Assembly (NCBI GenBank): GCA_024635455.1
Contig: JAGXIU010000003.1
Span: forward strand, 133,772 to 197,771
Source: Candidatus Saccharimonadota bacterium
GTDB taxonomy: Bacteria; Patescibacteriota; Saccharimonadia; Saccharimonadales; SLHW01
Length of the DNA stretch: 64,000 nt
Direction: 5' to 3'
The notes under the pieces were generated by a model. That model was not told the origin of the DNA and searched no databases. It was given only the letters and a program-made list of their open reading frames with translations. The translations under genes were made by a program, and so were the position numbers. Positions 58,944 through 64,000 of the stretch are shown here, piece by piece; position 1 is the first letter of the stretch, and each line of letters begins with the position of its first letter.

Positions 58944-60455
58944 CTACGAGTCTATCACTTCTGAACTACCAAATATATTGTTTATGGTTTCTACAGACTC
59001 TGGTTTCTTACTTATTTCAGGGCGCTCAGGACTCGCCTTAACATCTTTTTTATTGGCAAGTATGCACTGAATCTGAAATGCTTGACCACTAGCTGCCTCG
59101 ACCGCATCTGAGAGTATCTTTTTATGATGATTATCACTTAGGCGCTTTTCATGAAATGCGTATTTGCACTCCAAGACAAAAGTGTCGTTATCGATCCGGG
59201 GTATTGCCATACGCGCCATACCGTATAACGTATTGTGTTTTCCCTTCAGAGTATTTAATACCTCTGACCAAATATCATCGGCTTTCTGATATGTCTGTTT
59301 TGTTTGTTTTGCTTGCTTTGGTGGGTCGGTAGCTTTTTTAGCCACTGTTGCTTCTGTAGGAGACGCGTTCTGCATACTTTGCTCTTGTGGTTTTTTCGTT
59401 TCTTTACTCTCCCGAATATCTTTCTGCGATTTATCAGTTTTTTCCTCTTTAGGTTCTGGGGTTTTCTGTTTATTTTCTACAAAAGTGGGTGGTTGCTGCA
59501 ATCCGTACTCTAATAATGCGACCTCGAGTGATACTCTTGTGTCGCTCATTGATGAAACCTCGGAAAGCTTTTTTAGTAAGGCCGTCTTATCGAGGCTAAC
59601 AGTGTTTTCTTGTAGTATATCTCCACGGAGCTTGGTGGCTACTTCTGACGCTACTTGCGATGCGCTAAAGCCCGACTGGTGAATTGTGTCAATCGTCTTA
59701 AGAACGTCTGATACAGCCCCCCGATAAACCAGCTCTAATAACTCAGTAATAGTGTCCTCTGGTACTGAACCAATAGCTACACGGATATCATCAACGCTAA
59801 TTTCGTCATTTTCACTTGCAATGTAGCGCATCTGATCGAGTAGGCTTATGCTATCGCGAAACGAACCCTGACCATGGCGTGCAATCAACTGTAAGGCGTC
59901 TTTGGATATAGCGATGTCTTCTTGTTTTGCAATACTTGCTAAATGCTCTCTAACCTCATCTTCTTGAACTGGCCTGAACGTAAACTTTTGTGTACGGCTA
60001 ATAATTGTATCAGGAAGCTTATGGGCTTCGGTTGTGGCAAGTATAAATATAGCGTGCTCAGGTGGCTCTTCTAATGTCTTAAGGAGCGCGTTAAACGCTT
60101 CTTTCGTGAGCATGTGGACTTCGTCAATAATATATACCTTGTATTTAGCTTGGGCTGGTGCATTATGCACCTTGTCACGCAACTCACGGATTTCATCTAT
60201 GCGCCGATTGCTTGCTGCATCTATCTCAATAATATCGAGATGATTATCAGCTTCTTCGTAGCTAAGTCCGTTAACTTCCCGGGCTAAAATCCGTGCAATA
60301 CTGGTTTTACCGACACCCCGTGGCCCGGTAAACAGATAAGCGTGGGCGACATTACCTTGTTTGATAGCATTGCTCAACGTCACTGTGATGTGTGGCTGAC
60401 CAACAATTTCCGCCAATGTTTTAGACCGATATTTTCGGTAGAGGACGTTTCCCAT
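58944..60455 (-). CDS. dnaX: DNA polymerase III subunit gamma/tau
   Basis: LYRKYR, GPRGVGKT, EIDAAS, DEVHML, LKTLEEPP. Confidence 0.96.
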   Translation of the reverse strand: MGNVLYRKYRSKTLAEIVGQPHITVTLSNAIKQGNVAHAYLFTGPRGVGKTSIARILAREVNGLSYEEADNHLDIIEIDAASNRRIDEIRELRDKVHNAPAQAKYKVYIIDEVHMLTKEAFNALLKTLEEPPEHAIFILATTEAHKLPDTIISRTQKFTFRPVQEDEVREHLASIAKQEDIAISKDALQLIARHGQGSFRDSISLLDQMRYIASENDEISVDDIRVAIGSVPEDTITELLELVYRGAVSDVLKTIDTIHQSGFSASQVASEVATKLRGDILQENTVSLDKTALLKKLSEVSSMSDTRVSLEVALLEYGLQQPPTFVENKQKTPEPKEEKTDKSQKDIRESKETKKPQEQSMQNASPTEATVAKKATDPPKQAKQTKQTYQKADDIWSEVLNTLKGKHNTLYGMARMAIPRIDNDTFVLECKYAFHEKRLSDNHHKKILSDAVEAASGQAFQIQCILANKKDVKASPERPEISKKPESVETINNIFGSSEVIDS

Positions 60456-60508
60456 AATGCTCTTATTGTAGCAATAAGTTTGTGTGAAAGGCTAGGTAAA
60501 ATATAAAA

Positions 60509-60540
60509 CGAAACCAAGCCTGTTATGAGGATTGGTTTCG
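60509..60540 (-). terminator. stem-loop, possible terminator
   Basis: CGAAACCAA...TTGGTTTCG followed by U-tract on minus strand. Confidence 0.55.
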
Positions 60541-60568
60541 ATAGTACAAGGTCTTAGACAGTAGTACT

Positions 60569-61084
60569 TTAGAGCGCGGCTTCGAGTGCAGCCCACTCAG
60601 CATTCGTGTCGTCTTCTGGTACGTTTACACTCACCTGATCACCTGGTTTCGCCTTAAAGTAGGTAACGCTTGCAAGAAGTACGCGGTACATCTTTTCACC
60701 AACTTCGACGAAGTAGTGGCCATTTTCTAGCTTAAGTACACCGACGATTTGCTTTCGTGGAATTGGGCCTATTTGCTTATAAAGAAATGCGCCGTCATCA
60801 GCGATAGTTAATTTGAGGATATCGCCCTGAACTAGCTTTGATTTGCTGGCGTAGTTAGCAGGAACCGGGTATGTTTTGCCGTCAGAGCCTACCATGTTTT
60901 GTCCATCGAAAACACCTTCGATAATCTTCCCTAATTGTTCGCTATCTGAACTGCTAGGAGTGGTTCCTGCATCCTCGTCACCAACTAAGCTTACAAGCAA
61001 TTCTTTTGCTGCAGCTAGATTAGTCTCTGCTTCGGTAATCAAAGATTTTAATCGTTTTATTTGTTTATCAGGTACATCTGCCAT
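60569..61084 (-). CDS. conserved hypothetical protein
   Basis: IIEGVFDG..M...GK.YPVPANYASKSKLV.GD. Confidence 0.8.
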   Translation of the reverse strand: MADVPDKQIKRLKSLITEAETNLAAAKELLVSLVGDEDAGTTPSSSDSEQLGKIIEGVFDGQNMVGSDGKTYPVPANYASKSKLVQGDILKLTIADDGAFLYKQIGPIPRKQIVGVLKLENGHYFVEVGEKMYRVLLASVTYFKAKPGDQVSVNVPEDDTNAEWAALEAAL

Positions 61085-61272
61085 GATTTGTCTCTCTCTT
61101 GTTTCCTCGTGTTTATCTCAACGTACACTTATCTAGAATTTACCATGGTAGTGTGATTATGTCAAAAATAACTACAACCCTGTGGATAAATAGAGCAGTA
61201 CGAGCCAAAATTTACTACTTCGGCTCGTACTGTGTCTGTATACATTCATTCGAAATGAATGAACGATTACAA

Positions 61273-61680
61273 CTAGGCTAGCTCTACTGTAGCGCCAGCT
61301 TCTTCGAGTGCTTTTTTAGCTTTCTCGGCGTCTTCTTTGTTTGCCTTTTCTAGAACTGGCTTTGGAGCTTCGTCAACGATTGCTTTCGCTTCACCAAGTC
61401 CAAGTCCTGTTAGGTCTTTAACTGCCTTAATGACAGCTACTTTTTGTGATCCGGCGTCTTTTAGTACGACGTCGTATTCACTCTTTTCGTCTTCTGCTGG
61501 TGCATCGCTATCTGCAGGCGCTGCTGCAACTGCTGCTGCAGGTGCTGCTGCACTTACGTCCCAGTATTCTTCAAGGAACTTTACGAATTTACTGATCTCG
61601 AGTGCTGACATAGCGTCAAGCTCTTTTACAATTTTTTCGAACTCTTTCGGTACTGTGACCTTTTCTTCTTTATCTGCCAT
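61273..61680 (-). CDS. rplL: 50S ribosomal protein L7/L12
   Basis: Ala-rich hinge, [23 protein letters not shown]. Confidence 0.98.
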   Translation of the reverse strand: MADKEEKVTVPKEFEKIVKELDAMSALEISKFVKFLEEYWDVSAAAPAAAVAAAPADSDAPAEDEKSEYDVVLKDAGSQKVAVIKAVKDLTGLGLGEAKAIVDEAPKPVLEKANKEDAEKAKKALEEAGATVELA

Positions 61681-61693
61681 GATTATTCCTTTC

Positions 61694-62227
61694 TTATTCT
61701 GCTATTGCGTCGGCACGTGCTTGGAGTACGTTAAGCACCCCGCGTACGTTTCCGGTCATTACGTTCATGAAGCCAGTTAGTGGCGCAGCAATAGTGCCGG
61801 CCAACATGCCTCGAAGTTGTTGTTTGCTTGGTAAGTCTGCTAGTGCTTTGACATCATCAACACCGAGAAACTGGCCGTCCGCTGTGTAAGCTCCCACAAA
61901 TTGCAGGTTTGGCTGTTTCTTAGCGAACTTGGCGATGACTTGCGCTGGAGCTACTTCATCTTCGCTATTAAATGCATAGAGAAGCATTCCCTCTAACGCT
62001 GACGTATCAGCGTCCTTGAAGCCTTCAGTCTGGGTGATAGCTTGTTTTACCAGGCGATTCTTAAATACCTTTAGGGTTGTACCGTCTTCAGCTCCGAGTT
62101 TCCGCAACTCTTGCATTGCCTTCACGGGTGTTCCTTGGTATGCAGTAACAACAGTAAGTTTTGATGAACTTAACTTCTGTTGAACGTCGTCTATAATTTG
62201 TTGCTTCTTGTCTTTACTTAAAGCCAT
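61694..62227 (-). CDS. rplJ: 50S ribosomal protein L10
   Basis: [18 protein letters not shown]; upstream of rplL. Confidence 0.95.
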   Translation of the reverse strand: MALSKDKKQQIIDDVQQKLSSSKLTVVTAYQGTPVKAMQELRKLGAEDGTTLKVFKNRLVKQAITQTEGFKDADTSALEGMLLYAFNSEDEVAPAQVIAKFAKKQPNLQFVGAYTADGQFLGVDDVKALADLPSKQQLRGMLAGTIAAPLTGFMNVMTGNVRGVLNVLQARADAIAE

Positions 62228-62292
62228 TTGCATTCTTTCTTTCGTGATTTTAACTTGTTCGTGACCGACCTTACAACGAACATGTTACCGTA

Positions 62293-62327
62293 TAAAAAAA
62301 CTCCTCAGCGCATTACCAAGGAGTTTA
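62293..62327 (-). terminator. terminator within rplJ leader
   Basis: AAACTCCT...AGGAGTTTTTTT on minus strand. Confidence 0.7.
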
Positions 62328-62344
62328 TTGTGCTCAAAAACTAA

Positions 62345-62421
62345 TCTTACAAGCACCTCGGCGACAAATTAAGCGTGTATTAGACACAGTCGCTGTCTTT
62401 GGTAACAAATTGATTGTAAGA
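62345..62421 (-). ncRNA. ribosomal protein L10 leader
   Basis: Minus strand CCAAAGACAGCGAC...TTAA...GTCGCCGAGG with CTTACAA/TTGTAAG closing stem, upstream of rplJ. Confidence 0.8.
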
Positions 62422-62437
62422 GAAAACACCGAATTGG

Positions 62438-63364
62438 TCAAGCTTTGGTTTGTTCAGCCTCATCGGTATTTCGAGCTTGCTTAGCGTTTGTGTACCGTTT
62501 CTGGCGCCCAGTTTGAACACGCGCAATAGCCTCGCTTGGATCCTTTGCGTAAACCTCAGGGTTAATGTGGTTAGCGTAAAAAAATTGTAACAAGCCTGCT
62601 TTACCTAGCGAGCGCGCAATAGACATAGCTTGATCAGGGTGAGCTTCTCGATGCAATAATAACTCCTGAACTGATTCTTCACTCATATAGCCCTGGAAGT
62701 CATAGCGGCTACGGTATGCCTCAATCAGCTCACGCGCCGGACGATCAATAGCAGGGTCGCGCCATGTCCATTTGGCAGTCCGCCAGTCTTCATCATGTGC
62801 TGCGCCGATCGCAATCAGATTAACATCGTCAACCGCTTCAACTAGATGCGGAAGTACAGCTTCTGCATATTCTATTGCGTTTTTGCGAGTTCTGCTAGAA
62901 CCTTTGTAGCCTCCGTAATCAACGTTATCTAGAATAAAAATACGTCGTCCGGCAGCATTCGAAAGACGACGATATGAATCTACCAAGTTAATCGTTTCTT
63001 CGGTGTGTCGAGTCGTGCCTGCATTTATGTGCATACTTATCTTTAGGATTGGCAACCCGATAAAGCGGCTGCAGCGCTCAAGGTCTTGGCAAATATTACT
63101 TTTGCCTGCGCCTGGAGCACCTTCAAGCAACACAGAACCTTCATCAATTCCTGTATTTAGAACGTCACGAAACTCGATGAAACGAGGGCTTACGCAATTG
63201 TCAAGTTCATCTCGAAACTCGTCCACAGTTACTGGGTTAAGGGGTTCGTATTGTAGATACCCTTTTCCGTTGTATTTTTCTTCTACCATCATTCCTTCAA
63301 AAAATGGTTCTTGTTCTAACATTTCAGAATTTCCATACCAGACATTATTTATTGTTTCATTCAT
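62438..63364 (-). CDS. uncharacterised P-loop (AAA+-like) ATPase
   Basis: Walker A GAPGAGKS, Walker B IFILDNVD. Confidence 0.75.
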   Translation of the reverse strand: MNETINNVWYGNSEMLEQEPFFEGMMVEEKYNGKGYLQYEPLNPVTVDEFRDELDNCVSPRFIEFRDVLNTGIDEGSVLLEGAPGAGKSNICQDLERCSRFIGLPILKISMHINAGTTRHTEETINLVDSYRRLSNAAGRRIFILDNVDYGGYKGSSRTRKNAIEYAEAVLPHLVEAVDDVNLIAIGAAHDEDWRTAKWTWRDPAIDRPARELIEAYRSRYDFQGYMSEESVQELLLHREAHPDQAMSIARSLGKAGLLQFFYANHINPEVYAKDPSEAIARVQTGRQKRYTNAKQARNTDEAEQTKA

Positions 63365-63405
63365 TTTATTCCAAACCTTTAGTGATTGCTATTGCTTATG
63401 CTCAT

Positions 63406-63436
63406 AAAAAAAGAGGCTTCAGGCTGAAGCTTCTTT
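63406..63436 (-). terminator. attenuator terminator upstream of ATPase gene
   Basis: Minus strand AAGAAGCTTCA-GCC-TGAAGCCTCTTTTTTT. Confidence 0.75.
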
Positions 63437-63465
63437 AGCGGTTGTTGGACTATGTTGTTTCTATT

Positions 63466-63543
63466 TTAAGCTTCAACCCACACAAAACATAGTCCTAGCG
63501 CCACTAGAATCATAAATGTGTTGTTGTTGCCTGAATATTTCAT
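63466..63543 (-). CDS. putative leader peptide, 25 aa
   Basis: MKYSGNNNTFMILVALGLCFVWVEA*; between promoter and terminator. Confidence 0.6.
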   Translation of the reverse strand: MKYSGNNNTFMILVALGLCFVWVEA

Positions 63544-63554
63544 TACTAAACAAT

Positions 63555-63583
63555 AATTTAGCACAGTATTTTATGTCGGACAA
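63555..63583 (-). promoter_or_regulatory. sigma70-type promoter for leader/ATPase
   Basis: TTGTCC-17-TAAATT with TG extension. Confidence 0.6.
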
Positions 63584-63810
63584 CCTGCAATCAAGAAGGT
63601 CGCGAACACACGACATACCCTTGGTAGAATGATTGGCGGCAACTACATATCCTTAAGAAAAAATGTACACAGTTACATAGAAATAATTACCGGTGTTATA
63701 TACCTTAAAAAACAATGGTAGTATTAATTCACCCCTTATGTCAGGAGTTGTTACCATTGACTTTATAACATAATTAGTGTAGTGTATAATCCGGAGAATT
63801 TATAGTATTT

Positions 63811-64000
63811 ATGCAAGAAATGAGTAAAAGAAGCAGTTTTTTGGGTGTCGAACGGATCAACCCACCACGCTTAGTGGAAACCGGTCCGGACTCATCCGAA
63901 GTTAACCGCTTATACAGTGATCTACCAAGGCAACAAGATACAGTTGCCTATAACAAGATTCTTTCCTCTGTTTCCGTTGAGGCGTACAGTATGAGTAAGG
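63811..64000 (+). CDS. partial ORF running off window end
   Basis: MQEMSKRSSFLGVERINPPRLVETG... open to 64000; TATAAT upstream. Confidence 0.55.
   Translation, partial: MQEMSKRSSFLGVERINPPRLVETGPDSSEVNRLYSDLPRQQDTVAYNKILSSVSVEAYSMSK

Noticed and set aside
59568-59574. In-frame A AAA AAG slippery heptamer in dnaX
   Set aside because: It lies near codon 295, apparently inside the collar domain, with no obvious stimulatory hairpin or immediate -1 stop; it is likely a chance Lys-Lys run.
61196-61231. Hairpin CAGTACGAGCC...GGCTCGTACTG downstream of rplL
   Set aside because: Most simply the rplJL 3' stem-loop; nothing unusual.
3294-63407. Numerous antisense or overlapping short ORFs in the track
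   Set aside because: They are shadows of well-supported genes and lack motifs.

Overview
Bacterial chromosomal window, most consistent with Patescibacteria/Ca. Saccharibacteria. This is an inference from fermentative-type metabolic genes, RecR and DnaX lacking zinc motifs, pilin-like leaders and many -10-proximal starts. 1-2037 holds a tandem duplication of a divergent receiver-domain/DUF1801 pair, with one copy interrupted by an in-frame stop. tRNA-Gln(TTG) at 2096-2170 is followed by a roughly 22-kb mosaic accessory region with no recognisable integrase or transposase. That region is punctuated by at least four non-coding repeat families: tRNA-3'-end repeats, an 89-bp gene-tail duplication, a 37-bp post-terminator repeat, and 28-30-bp perfect palindromes. 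It also contains a roughly 250-nt nested-hairpin element and gene remnants. About 24.7-34 kb carries lactate permease, a Fur-glutaredoxin/rhodanese/TrxB thiol-redox cluster, enolase, a D-lactate dehydrogenase-like gene and gpmA. About 34-53 kb encodes envelope, transport and redox genes, dinB and two GT4 glycosyltransferases. About 53-62 kb is core (cysS, nrnA, recR, ybaB, dnaB, dnaX, rplL, rplJ with an L10 leader). The window ends with an uncharacterised P-loop ATPase preceded by an unannotated leader-peptide attenuator. All calls come from manual motif reading; no database searches were run.
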